Source of the DNA: an uncultured Candidatus Rokubacteria bacterium | GTDB lineage: Bacteria; Methylomirabilota; Methylomirabilia; Rokubacteriales; DASRDR01 | Assembly: GCA_963805625.1 (NCBI GenBank) | Contig: CAWDVE010000004.1 | Location: 64,001-128,000 of the forward strand | Direction of reading: 5' to 3' | DNA: 64,000 nt | Shown here: positions 18,964 to 28,323 of the stretch, one piece after another | Numbering within the stretch: position 1 is the stretch's first letter | How the letters are laid out: each line of letters opens with the position of its first letter | Made by a program: the position numbers and the translations under genes | Notes under the pieces: model-generated | Told to the model about the DNA's origin: nothing | The model's database searches: none | The model's input: the letters and a program-made list of their open reading frames with translations, nothing else

Positions 18964-20160
18964 ATGATGACGCGTCTGGCTCAGCCGGGAGCCGGGGTAT
19001 CCCGGCGCTGTCTGCTCCGAGGGCTCGGGGCTGCCGTGCTGGGCGGCCTGGCCGCCGGCTGCGCGACCAACCCGGTCACGGGCCAGTCCGAGCTGATGCT
19101 CCTCTCGGAGGAGGAAGAGATCCAGCTCGGCAAGCAGGCGTTCGGCGAGCTGGCCTGGCAGCAGGGTGGGCCGCTCCGGACCGACCCGGCAACGCAAGGC
19201 TACCTCGACGCGATCGTGCGGAAGCTCCATCAGGTGTCCCACCGCTCGAGCCTCCCCGTCGACTTCACGCTCGAGAGCGCTTCGGAGCCGAACGCGTGGG
19301 CGATCCCCGGGCACACCGCCATGAATCGAGGCCTTCTCCAGTACCTCGAGAACGAGGCCCAGTTCGCGTTCGTGATGGGGCACGAGATGGGACACGTCGC
19401 GGCGCGCCACAGCGCGGCGCGCCAGAGCCGGGCGACCCTCGGGAGCGCGGGGCTCGGCATCCTCGGCGCCGCGGCCGATGTGGCGGGGCTCGGCGGACTT
19501 GGCGGCCTTGCGGTCGGCGCCGCGGGAGCCGGCACCCAGCTGCTCCTGTTGAGCTACGACCGGGGTCAGGAGCTCCAGGCCGACCAGCTTGGCGCCCTCT
19601 ACATGGCGCGCGCCGGCTACGATCCCAACGAGGCGGTCCGCGCCCACGAGGTCCTGAACCGCGCCATCGACGCGCACCTCGCCAACTTGGGCCAGCGCCG
19701 GGGGGATCCTTCGGTCATGTCGCAGATCCTTTCCACGCATCCCCGACACGAGGAGCGTGTTGCCGAGCTCCAGGCCTACATCAAGACGCTGCCACCCACC
19801 GAGGTGCGGATCGAGGGTGACGGGCGGGACGCCGATCAGTGGCTGCGCCAGACCGAGCCAGTCCGGCGCCTGGCGCCCGCCTACGCCCGGTACGACCGGT
19901 CCCTTCAAGCGTTCGCCCTGGCCGCTCGGGCGGCTCAGCAGAAGCAGGACAGCGTCATGAGGCAGAAGCTCGCCGAGTCTCAGCGCGAGATCGACGCGGC
20001 GATCCAGCTCGCCGACCAGGCCCAGTTCGCCACGCTCCAGGGGTACCTGCTGGCCGTGCAGGGGCGAAAGGGGGAGGCGCGGAGCGCCTTCAATCGCGCT
20101 GTCTCGCTGTACCCGGGCTACCAGCCGGCCATCCGGGCGCTCGCAAGGATCGGCAGCTAG
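18964..20160 (+). CDS. M48 family metalloprotease (BepA-like) lipoprotein with TPR tail
   Basis: SRR twin-Arg and LAAGC lipobox, PNAWAIPG, HEMGH, QELQAD and LSTHP. Confidence 0.9.
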   Translation: MMTRLAQPGAGVSRRCLLRGLGAAVLGGLAAGCATNPVTGQSELMLLSEEEEIQLGKQAFGELAWQQGGPLRTDPATQGYLDAIVRKLHQVSHRSSLPVDFTLESASEPNAWAIPGHTAMNRGLLQYLENEAQFAFVMGHEMGHVAARHSAARQSRATLGSAGLGILGAAADVAGLGGLGGLAVGAAGAGTQLLLLSYDRGQELQADQLGALYMARAGYDPNEAVRAHEVLNRAIDAHLANLGQRRGDPSVMSQILSTHPRHEERVAELQAYIKTLPPTEVRIEGDGRDADQWLRQTEPVRRLAPAYARYDRSLQAFALAARAAQQKQDSVMRQKLAESQREIDAAIQLADQAQFATLQGYLLAVQGRKGEARSAFNRAVSLYPGYQPAIRALARIGS

Positions 20161-20319
20161 CCAGCGGAGCTCCGGGCGGCGAGCCCCGGTTCCGGCTCGA
20201 GCGTCTCGTGCCGGTCGCGGGACACGGAGACACGTCTCGACCCGGTTTCAGATCAGTCGTTGAGCCGCTCGAGAGTCCGATGGGGCCACGGTCTGCGGCG
20301 CGGCCGCGCCCGCCGTCAG

Positions 20320-20466
20320 CTAGAGCGAGTCGTTGTCGCCTTCTCCCTCGGGTCCGGGCGCAATGCTGTCGGCCTCGTTCGGCGAGGGGAGGGTCTCCGT
20401 TTGCTTGAGGGTGGCGCACGCACTCGCCAGCATCAGTGCCACGAGCCAGACCCCTAGCAGCCACAT
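20320..20466 (-). CDS. Putative 48-aa small lipoprotein (below the ORF-track cutoff)
   Basis: MWLLGVWLVALMLASAC-ATLKQTETLPSPNEADSIAPGPEGEGDNDSL: hydrophobic segment, lipobox-like Cys, acidic tail, purine-rich RBS. Confidence 0.55.
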   Translation of the reverse strand: MWLLGVWLVALMLASACATLKQTETLPSPNEADSIAPGPEGEGDNDSL

Positions 20467-20503
20467 AGTGTCCGCCTTTCACCACGATTCGATCGGCGTC
20501 CGA

Positions 20504-20728
20504 TCAGGGTTCGGCCTCGCGCCGCGAAGTCCCGCGCGAGCGTCTCAGGACGCGCAGGCCTCCTCGATCGTGAGCGAGGATCAGGGCTTTCACCGAGATA
20601 CCGCCGAGCAGGAAGAGTATAACGATGGAGAGCGCGAGATCCACGGCCGTCTGGAAATGGAGATTCACCGGCACGATGATGGCGCGGACCCCCCAGACGC
20701 CGAGGACGAGCGCACCGGAGCTGACCAC
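20504..20728 (-). pseudogene. Probable C-terminal fragment of a membrane protein
   Basis: Two TM segments (GALVLGVWGVRAII and AVDLALSIVILFLLGGISV) with no convincing start or RBS. Confidence 0.35.
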
Positions 20729-21041
20729 GAGATACTTGTGGGTCTCGATCGTGCGGGGCGAACCCGGCCACGGCGGCTCGGCCGGACGCCGGCAGCAGCA
20801 GCGTGGTCAAGAAGGGTGAGCGCGTCGACGGTGGTCAGCGATCAGAACCGCCGTGTCAGGTTGGCCGTCTCCACGGCGAAGGCGAGCGCGCCGGCCGGCG
20901 ACCCCAGCGCGCCGCGCCCGCTCGACTCGGTCTCGCCCGACCCATCAAAGCCGCCGAGCGCATCAGCCGGCATCACGCGCCTCGCGGGATGCACGGGCGC
21001 GCTGACCGTCAGGACCAAGCCGGGCGTGCTCGACTCCCGAT

Positions 21042-21239
21042 TCAGCACGTGCCATACCAGCCCCACCCGTACCAGCCCCACCCGTACTGCCAGCTGCACT
21101 GCGGCGTCGCCGTCACATGAGGTGGGGGCGGAGGACTGACTCCCGGCCCGAGCGGGGGAGGCGCGGGCACTACATAGCAGCCGGACAGGGCGACGGCGAC
21201 AAGACTCAGGAGGAGCGTGAGGGTTCCGATGCGCTTCAT
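21042..21239 (-). CDS. Small proline-rich lipoprotein with YGWGW repeats
   Basis: LSGC lipobox, poly-Pro linker, C-SWQYGWGWYGWGWYGT-C tail, AGGAG RBS. Confidence 0.8.
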   Translation of the reverse strand: MKRIGTLTLLLSLVAVALSGCYVVPAPPPLGPGVSPPPPPHVTATPQCSWQYGWGWYGWGWYGTC

Positions 21240-21247
21240 GGCTGCTC

Positions 21248-21625
21248 CTACTGGCAGACCTGCTCGGCCCGGGTCGGAATCCAGATCGTCTCCTGCTGCC
21301 CGTTCTGCCTCACATGGGTCTCATAGTGGCCCTCCACCGTCACCGTCTGGCAGTTCTTCGCGGATTCCTGCGAAGAGCCCGAGGCGCCCGGCGCGGAGCT
21401 CGGAGTCGCGCTGGACGGCGGAGGTCCCGTCGCCGGGCCTCCCGGCCGCGGTGGCACGGGTGCCGCTGGGGATGGCGGCACGTAGGGCGGCCGGTATGGT
21501 GGGGGGGACGGCGCCGGGTACGGCGGCGCGTAGGCCGGATAAGCATACGGCGACACCACATAGCATCCGGAGAGACCAGCAGCAGCGAGACCAAAGAAAA
21601 GCATCGCGGCCAGCATCCGATTCAT
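21248..21625 (-). CDS. Proline-rich lipoprotein
   Basis: MNRMLAAMLFFGLAAAGLSGCYVV, Pro/Tyr-rich linker, C...VEGHYET...WIP...C tail, GGAGG RBS. Confidence 0.8.
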   Translation of the reverse strand: MNRMLAAMLFFGLAAAGLSGCYVVSPYAYPAYAPPYPAPSPPPYRPPYVPPSPAAPVPPRPGGPATGPPPSSATPSSAPGASGSSQESAKNCQTVTVEGHYETHVRQNGQQETIWIPTRAEQVCQ

Positions 21626-21933
21626 CGTCCGTGTCCTCCGACAGCTTTGGTGCACCGTCTCACGACCCGACGCGGCCGGCCCGCAGGAGGACCCGGCTGC
21701 CTTGTTCGGTCGGTGATAACCTACTCTTTGGACGCTCCGGACGGGCGGGCGATTCCGTCGAAATGGCGCTGCATCGCCGGTCACGCTCCTGCTCGGGGCG
21801 CCCCAACCCCACTGGGGCAGCGCTGGGACATCGCCTGATGGCGAAGGGCCCTCGGGGGCCAGGACCTGCGGCGTACACAACCAGTTCCACTCGCGTATGC
21901 GGCGTGGAAACGAGGCGCGTGCCCAAGGGCCGG

Positions 21934-21949
21934 TGGCACCATCGTTGCT
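21934..21949 (+). promoter_or_regulatory. Sigma54-type -24/-12 promoter
   Basis: Consensus TGGCAC-CATCG-TTGCT upstream of ATG 21965. Confidence 0.65.
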
Positions 21950-21964
21950 TGATGACGATCCGAG

Positions 21965-23278
21965 ATGGTTTTCCCGAGCCGGATCATCAGCCTCGTGCTC
22001 ACCGTGAGCCTGGTGGCCTCGGCCGGTCAGGCGCAATCCCCGCCGCCGAGCGCGCCCCCTCAGGGGCCGGCCGCCCTCACGCCGGATCAACTCGAACAGC
22101 TGCTGGCCCCGATCGCGCTCCACCCGGATCCCCTGGTGGGCCAGATCCTGATGGCCGCCACCTATCCGCTCGAGGTGGTCCAGGCGACCCGCTGGCTCCA
22201 GGACCCCAATAACGCGGCCCTGACCGGCTCCGCGCTGGCGGCGGCCCTCGACCTGCGGCCGTGGGATCCCAGCGTCAAGGCCCTCGTGCCCTTTCCCCAG
22301 ATCCTGCGCATGATGGATAGCTCGCTCGAGTGGACGGAAGCCGTCGGCGACGCATTCCTGTCCGATCAGGCGGCCGTCATGGACGCGATCCAGCGGCTGC
22401 GCCAGCGGGCACAGTCGGCCGGGACCCTGGTCACCACCACGCAGCAGATGGTGGTGACGGCGGATCAGGCGATCGGCATCATCCCGGCCGATCCTCAGGT
22501 CGTCTACGTGCCGATGTATGACCCGGGTGCGGTGTACGGGACGTGGGTGTACGCGCCGAGTCCGTTCTTCGGATATCCCGTCGTCGCCCCGCTCGGGGGT
22601 ATGGGGGGGCTCAGCTTCGGCGTCGGCATCGTCGTCGTGTCGTACTTGTGGGGCTGGCATAACTGGGATTGGCATCATCATCGTCTCCATGTCGACGACG
22701 ACCGATTTCACCACATCAGCGGTCACCATCCCCCACCGGGGGGCATCTGGCAGCACGACCCGGTCCATCGCCACGGGGTCCCGTATCGGGATCCGGGAAC
22801 GCGCGCGCGCTTCGTGGGGGGCCCGCCCGTTGACGTGCGTGGCTACGGCCCTGGCCCTCCGGTGAGGCCGGGCACTCGTCCTGGTGGCACGCCGCCTCGG
22901 GCTGCCCCTCCACCGAGGAGCCCCGCCCCGCCCCGCGTGATGCCCGCCCCCGGCGCCGCCGGCCCTGGCCCCGCGGTGAAACCGGGCACTCATCCGTTGG
23001 CCAGAGTGCCGCCTCGGGCTCCTGCCCCGCCGCCGAGCCCCGTCCCGCGCCCCGTGACTCCTGCCGTCGGCGGGGCGCTTCGCCCGCTCGCCCCCGCCTT
23101 CGAGTCCTTCGGGCGAGGCGTCGACGTACGCACACACACCGAGCGCGGCCAGTCGAGCCGACAGTTCATCGCCCCGCCCTCGCTGCGGGCCCCAGCCACG
23201 CGTCCATTAAGCGGGGCGCGCCCCGGGGGGGCGCCCTCCGGGGGCACCAAGTCCGGGAGCGGCCAACCTCGCCGCTGA
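21965..23278 (+). CDS. DUF3300 domain-containing secreted protein
   Basis: LEQLLAPIALHPDPL..QILMAATYPLEV, WDPSVKAL, VYVP.YDP, WQHDP.HR.GVPY, Pro-rich tail. Confidence 0.9.
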   Translation: MVFPSRIISLVLTVSLVASAGQAQSPPPSAPPQGPAALTPDQLEQLLAPIALHPDPLVGQILMAATYPLEVVQATRWLQDPNNAALTGSALAAALDLRPWDPSVKALVPFPQILRMMDSSLEWTEAVGDAFLSDQAAVMDAIQRLRQRAQSAGTLVTTTQQMVVTADQAIGIIPADPQVVYVPMYDPGAVYGTWVYAPSPFFGYPVVAPLGGMGGLSFGVGIVVVSYLWGWHNWDWHHHRLHVDDDRFHHISGHHPPPGGIWQHDPVHRHGVPYRDPGTRARFVGGPPVDVRGYGPGPPVRPGTRPGGTPPRAAPPPRSPAPPRVMPAPGAAGPGPAVKPGTHPLARVPPRAPAPPPSPVPRPVTPAVGGALRPLAPAFESFGRGVDVRTHTERGQSSRQFIAPPSLRAPATRPLSGARPGGAPSGGTKSGSGQPRR

Positions 23279-23291
23279 GGGCCAAAGGACG

Positions 23292-24239
23292 ATGAGACGT
23301 CGCGCGGACCAGTCACACGCCGTCCAGGCAGGCTTATGGATCCTGGTGACGGCCTTCCTTCTGGTGGCCGTGAGCACGCCGGGGTGGACGGCCGATGGGC
23401 CCCCGGCGACGTTCGCCTCCCCGGAGCAGGCCGTGGACGCGCTCGTGACCGCCACCCGGAATACCCGGTTGGCCGAGCTGCGCCAGATCCTGGGGATGGA
23501 GGGCCGGGCCCTGATCTGGTCCGGCGATCGGGTCGCCGATCGAGTGGGGCGGGACAAGTTCATCGCGGCCTACGACCACGGCCATCGGCTCGAGATGACG
23601 GGCCCGACCCGAGGGGTTCTGATCGTCGGCCCCGAGCAGTGGCCTTTCCCCATCCCCTTGGTTCGCGACAGGACGGGCTGGCACTTCGACACACCCGCCG
23701 GTGTCCAGGAGATTCTGAATCGACGCGTCGGGCGGAACGAGCTCAATGTCATCGAGGTCTGCCGGGTCTTCGTCGTGGCGCAGCGCGAGTATGCCGCGCG
23801 GGACCCGATGGGGACCGGCCTCGCGGAGTTCGCCCAGCGCTTCCTCAGCACGCCGGGGACCCGCGACGGCCTGTACTGGCCGACCCAGCCCGGCGAGCAG
23901 GACAGCCCGCTCGGGCCTCTGGTCGCCAGCGCCCGGGCCGAGGGCTACCAGCACACGCCGGCCGCGCAGCCCGTCCCGTACCACGGCTACTACTACCGGA
24001 TGCTCACGCGTCAGGAGGCCAACGCCCCCGGAGGTCCGCGCGACTACATCGTCGACGGCCACATGCGGGGAGGTTTCGCACTGGTGGCGGTCCCCGCGAA
24101 GTACGGCAACTCCGGCATCATGACGTTCCTCGTGAACCAGACCGGGATCGTCTACCAGAAGAACCTCGGCCCGGATACGCCGACCATCGCGGCCCAACTC
24201 TCGGCGTTCGACCCGGATGCCACGTGGACGACGCCCTGA
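23292..24239 (+). CDS. DUF2950 family protein
   Basis: FASPEQA, WPFPIPLV, RRVGRNE, DGLYW, PYHGYYYR, YGNSGIMTF. Usual partner of DUF3300. Confidence 0.9.
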   Translation: MRRRADQSHAVQAGLWILVTAFLLVAVSTPGWTADGPPATFASPEQAVDALVTATRNTRLAELRQILGMEGRALIWSGDRVADRVGRDKFIAAYDHGHRLEMTGPTRGVLIVGPEQWPFPIPLVRDRTGWHFDTPAGVQEILNRRVGRNELNVIEVCRVFVVAQREYAARDPMGTGLAEFAQRFLSTPGTRDGLYWPTQPGEQDSPLGPLVASARAEGYQHTPAAQPVPYHGYYYRMLTRQEANAPGGPRDYIVDGHMRGGFALVAVPAKYGNSGIMTFLVNQTGIVYQKNLGPDTPTIAAQLSAFDPDATWTTP

Positions 24240-24331
24240 CGCGGTAGGTCTCGTGTCCGTCGTCCTCGACTACTGCTGAGCAAGGGAGATCGCCACTACT
24301 TCGAGTTCTGGCAAGCTCCGACATCCATGGC

Positions 24332-24991
24332 CTATTTCCGAGCAAGGAAGGCGAGGAGGTCCGCCGTTTCTTCGGGGGTCAATTGTGGCCAGGTGCGGCG
24401 CTGGCTCTCGGTCTTGAGAGCCATGAGGAAGGAGTGGTTCCACATCGTCGCGAGGACGATCCAGGGACTCTCGGAGCCCTTCAGGCGATCGAAACCACCC
24501 CCGATCTTACCTGCCGCCCCATCGCCCGGGAGCGCGTGACACGCGAGACACCCCTTGCTCGTGACCAGCTGGCCGCCTCGCTGGGGATTGCCCGACTCGG
24601 AGAAGAATCGCTCCCCGCCGTCAACGGCTCCGGGTCGACTGAACGCATTCGGTGTGTAGAGAAAGGCAATCAGGTCGCTCATCTCGTACGGGGTGAGATA
24701 CGGTCGATCAGCCCCCGAGGCCCAGATGCGTCCTGACATGTGGGGCAGATGGTTCCACATGGCGGCGGCGAGGTCATAGAACGACCGCGGACGCGCGACG
24801 CGGCTGAGGTCGGGACCATTCTTGCCGCCCACGCCGTTCATCGCATGGCATCCCGCGCATCCCTTCGTCTCGAAGAGGCGTGCACCCGCGATCGGATCCT
24901 GAGTGGGGGTGAAGAGGACCTGGGGGAACGCAACTCCGAGAGTGCCGACGCATACGCCGGCGACCGCAACGAGTATCGCGATCTGTCGCAC
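24332..24991 (-). CDS. Dihaem c-type cytochrome
   Basis: Signal peptide, CAGCH and CLACH motifs, duplicated MWNH...M ligand segments, GAGGAGG RBS. Confidence 0.88.
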   Translation of the reverse strand: MRQIAILVAVAGVCVGTLGVAFPQVLFTPTQDPIAGARLFETKGCAGCHAMNGVGGKNGPDLSRVARPRSFYDLAAAMWNHLPHMSGRIWASGADRPYLTPYEMSDLIAFLYTPNAFSRPGAVDGGERFFSESGNPQRGGQLVTSKGCLACHALPGDGAAGKIGGGFDRLKGSESPWIVLATMWNHSFLMALKTESQRRTWPQLTPEETADLLAFLARK

Positions 24992-25578
24992 GCTTACCTC
25001 CTCGGCTGGCGCGAGCTGATACGGTCCAAGGGTTCAAGGGATGGTGCGCGGGCCGAACCGGCGGACGTCCGCCTCCTCTCGGGCCCCATCACCGTGGACC
25101 ACTCGGCGTTGACGGATCGGGCCGGGCTGCCTAAAGGCTCGTCTCCTCCGGGCATTCCCGTGCAGGTGTCGTCGCTGATGGAGTAGGTCATGCGCGGGCC
25201 TCGTCGACGCTGACTGGTTGGCGGAGGAACGACGGCAGGTACCGGAGCAACCGTGCTCCAACGACGTCATCGAAGACGTCCTCGAACGCGGCCCGGGATC
25301 TGGCGCGGCCAGACATGAGGGTCCAAACGCCGGCCCAGTATAGCGCAGAGGCCCCGTGAGGTCGGTGGCCATGAGCTTCCGGGAGACGCGCCGTTTCCGC
25401 TCGTGCGGCGCCGTCCACCGCGCGATACGGCGGGTGTGCGCGAGGAGACGGCCCCGCTCGCGCGGGACCCGGATGTGTCCGGATCGCTCGAGTATGTGAC
25501 GCGGCGAAGTCCGCGCGGGATCAGTCGAACCGCCCTCCGTTCCGAACACGAGACGCGATGGATCCGACGCGGCGAGGG

Positions 25579-25594
25579 TGGCACGCGGATCGCA
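25579..25594 (+). promoter_or_regulatory. Sigma54-like promoter
   Basis: TGGCAC-GCGGA-TCGCA upstream of ATG 25638. Confidence 0.45.
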
Positions 25595-25637
25595 CCGTGA
25601 AGGCGCAGCGGTGAACCCTAACAGATGGAGGTGCCCG

Positions 25638-26078
25638 ATGCGCTTTGTTCAGGGTCGTCTCGTTCCAGTGCTCGTCGGCGTGGTGCTCGCCGCGCCGGCG
25701 GCGTTCGCCCAGACCCCGGCGCCGCCCGCGGCAAAGCCCACGCCCACCATTGCCCAGGCGCCGACCCAGGCCCCCGCTCGCGTGCCGCTCAGCATCGCGC
25801 GCGGGGTGGTGAAGTCCATCGCCGACAGCCGCCTCGTGATCGATCTGGGTCAGGCCGTCTCGGGGCCGGGGACTGGCCCGAGCGCGTTCATGCTGGACGC
25901 CCAGACGCAGATCCAGCGGCTCGGGCGGCCGCTCACCCCGAAGGACCTGAGAGTCGGGGACGCAGTGACGGTGGGTTATCAGATGCGCGGTGACAAGGCC
26001 GTGGCGAGCCGGGTCTGGCTGCGCTTCGGCGGATCGACGGCCGGCGCGCCGAGTGGCGCGGGATCCCAGCCGCGCTAG
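25638..26078 (+). CDS. Secreted OB-fold-like hypothetical protein (DUF5666-like)
   Basis: Signal peptide (AFA-Q), GVVKSI...DLRVGDAVTVGY...ASRV, GGAGG RBS. Confidence 0.7.
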   Translation: MRFVQGRLVPVLVGVVLAAPAAFAQTPAPPAAKPTPTIAQAPTQAPARVPLSIARGVVKSIADSRLVIDLGQAVSGPGTGPSAFMLDAQTQIQRLGRPLTPKDLRVGDAVTVGYQMRGDKAVASRVWLRFGGSTAGAPSGAGSQPR

Positions 26079-27289
26079 AGCGGCGGGCCCAGGGCCGCGG
26101 GCGGGGCATCCGTCTCGCCTGCGGCCTTGGGTGATTCCTCGTCGAGCGTCACCCGGATGCCGTGGGCCCCGAGCTCGCGGAGCAAATAGTCGACCGTCGC
26201 CCCCGCCACGACCGCTTCCGGGCGCTGGACACCGCGCGCCGCGATCTCGTCCCCGGCGATCATGCGGGCGACGACCGAGGCCGTGAATCCGGTCGTGCGG
26301 GCCATGGCCGTGAAACCGTCCCTCCAGCGGTCCACCATTTCCGCTCGCATGCGCCACGGCTGTCCTGCCCGCGTGCCGACGGCCTCCACGCGCAGCAGCG
26401 CGAGATCGTGCTCGCCGGGCTCGAGGCGGACGCGCGGGTAGAGGAGCGCATCGAGGAAGCGCTTGGGCACCACCGAGGCGCCGTCGACGGTGACGGGTGT
26501 CTCGCCGAGGAGACCGAGCTCCCGGAGCAGGGTCGCCTTCGACGCGTATCCTGGCCAGCGCACCGTCTTCTGGGTTCCGACCCGAAGCCCTCGGAGCGCG
26601 GGGATCTGGAGAAGGGACACCGCGAAGCCCTCGTGCCAGGCCTCGAGTTCGCCCACGCTCGGAAAGGCCACAGGCTCCACGCCCGAGTAGCGAGGCTGCG
26701 CGACGACACGGCCATCCGCGACGGTGAGGGCTGGCGCCTCCCGGAGGGGAAGCTCGCGGCCGCCGAACACGATCTTGTAGCCGAGCGGCGGCGCCGGCCG
26801 CGCCGGGATGCCGCCGCACAGGATGTGGAGCTCGTCGACGTGGTCGAGCCGCTCCGCCAGCCGGCGCGCCAGGATCTCGGTGAGCCCGGGCTCGAGCCCG
26901 CAGCCCAGGACGACGAGCCCCTCGTGGCGCGCTACCTCCGCCGCCAGAGCGGGGACGGTGTCCGCGCCGCGCGCCGAGAGGGTGACAAGCCGGGCGCCGG
27001 CCTCGAGCGAGGCCTGGATCGCCAGCGGGCTTGCCCGCGTCGGGAGCGCGTCGACCGCGACGTCGTGACGCCGGAGAAGCGCGACCGCCGCCGCCCGGTC
27101 GGCGAGGTCCAGGCACGCAGGCCGCAGCTTGGCCGCGCCCGGGCGGTTTGCGAGACTGGCGAGGGCGGCGTCGAGCTGAGCAGGGCTCTGGTCGCAGAGG
27201 CCCACCTCCGCGATCTCGGAGCTGGCCATCGCCTCGGCGGCGACCGCCGGGCCCATCAGGCCCGCTCCGAGGACGACGAGCCGGCTCAC
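26075..27289 (-). CDS. Saccharopine dehydrogenase family (lysine 6-dehydrogenase-like)
   Basis: LGAGLMG, GCGLEPGL, CGGIP..P.PPLGYK, KTVRWPG and TAMARTTG. GTG start chosen at 27289. Confidence 0.88.
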   Translation of the reverse strand: MSRLVVLGAGLMGPAVAAEAMASSEIAEVGLCDQSPAQLDAALASLANRPGAAKLRPACLDLADRAAAVALLRRHDVAVDALPTRASPLAIQASLEAGARLVTLSARGADTVPALAAEVARHEGLVVLGCGLEPGLTEILARRLAERLDHVDELHILCGGIPARPAPPLGYKIVFGGRELPLREAPALTVADGRVVAQPRYSGVEPVAFPSVGELEAWHEGFAVSLLQIPALRGLRVGTQKTVRWPGYASKATLLRELGLLGETPVTVDGASVVPKRFLDALLYPRVRLEPGEHDLALLRVEAVGTRAGQPWRMRAEMVDRWRDGFTAMARTTGFTASVVARMIAGDEIAARGVQRPEAVVAGATVDYLLRELGAHGIRVTLDEESPKAAGETDAPPAALGPPL

Positions 27290-27370
27290 GGCCGCTCCGG
27301 CCCGGTGCAGTGAGTCACGCACCGGCCCTGGACCACGGGCTCGCGGGGCCGGCCGCACCGCCGGAAGCGC

Positions 27371-28270
27371 TCAGTCGCGGACCGGGTCGGGTGGCGTCTT
27401 CCGGTAGTCGTAGAAGCCCTTGCCGGTTTTCCGGCCGAGATCGCCGCGCTTGACCCGCTTCTCGAGCTCAGCGGGCGGCCGGTCCCGGGGATCGTGCGTC
27501 GACTCGTAGGTCTCGAGCCGGGCGTTGTAGCCGATGTCGAGGCCGGACAGGTCGCCCAGCCGGAAGGGGCCCATCGGGAAGTTGAGGCCCAGCTCGACGG
27601 CCTTGTCGATCTCCCAGAATGGCGCCACCCCCTGCTCGAGCAGGAAGTACGCTTCGTTGCCGAGCGCGCGGAGGATGCGGTTGACCAGGAAGCCCGGCAG
27701 CTCCTTCCGCAGCACGACCGGTTCGCGCCCGATGCGACGCACGAGCTCCGTGGTCGTGTCGAGTACCGCCTCCGACGTCCACTGGCCCTTCACCACCTCG
27801 ACCAGGCGCATGACGAGCGGCGGAAAGAAGAAGTGCATGTTCACGCACTGTGCGGGCCGTGTCGTCGCGGGGGCGATGAGGGAGTTACCGAGCGTCGAGG
27901 AGTTGGTCGCCAGGATCGCGTGGCGCGGGGCGGCGCGGTCCAGGCGCGCGAAACACTCCTTCTTCGGCTCGAGCCGCTCGACGATCGCCTCGATGACGAA
28001 ATCGGCGTCCCGGGCGGCCCGGTCGAGTTCCGGCTCCAGGCGGACGCGGCCGACCGCCGCGTCCATCTCGGCCTGGCTCATCTGTCCCTTGGCCACGCGG
28101 CGATCGAGATGGCCGCGGTTTCCCGCCATGGCTTTGTCCAGGATCGCGGCCGAGAGGTCGTTGAGCGTCACCGCGTAGCCGTGGAGGGCCGCCTGCATCG
28201 CGATCTGGGCGCCCATCTGGCCCGCGCCCACCACCAGGATCCGCTTGACGTCGTCGATCGCCACCGTCAT
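27371..28270 (-). CDS. 3-hydroxyacyl(butyryl)-CoA dehydrogenase
   Basis: GAGQMG, IEAIVE, TNSS, MHFF.P, GFLVNR, PMGP and LGRKTGKGFY. Confidence 0.93.
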   Translation of the reverse strand: MTVAIDDVKRILVVGAGQMGAQIAMQAALHGYAVTLNDLSAAILDKAMAGNRGHLDRRVAKGQMSQAEMDAAVGRVRLEPELDRAARDADFVIEAIVERLEPKKECFARLDRAAPRHAILATNSSTLGNSLIAPATTRPAQCVNMHFFFPPLVMRLVEVVKGQWTSEAVLDTTTELVRRIGREPVVLRKELPGFLVNRILRALGNEAYFLLEQGVAPFWEIDKAVELGLNFPMGPFRLGDLSGLDIGYNARLETYESTHDPRDRPPAELEKRVKRGDLGRKTGKGFYDYRKTPPDPVRD

Positions 28271-28323
28271 CGTTCTCTCCTTAGGTCAGGCCCTGGCTTC
28301 GGGAGGATTGCCCCGCGGGCGCT

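Noticed and set aside
21248-23137. 629-aa minus-strand ORF as one protein
   Set aside because: Only the last 125 codons (from 21625, with RBS and lipobox) look real; the rest is antisense to DUF3300.
24237-24248. TGACGCGGTAGG after stop codons here and at 34628-34639
   Set aside because: Only 12 nt including the stop, the similarity does not extend, and it is plausible by chance.
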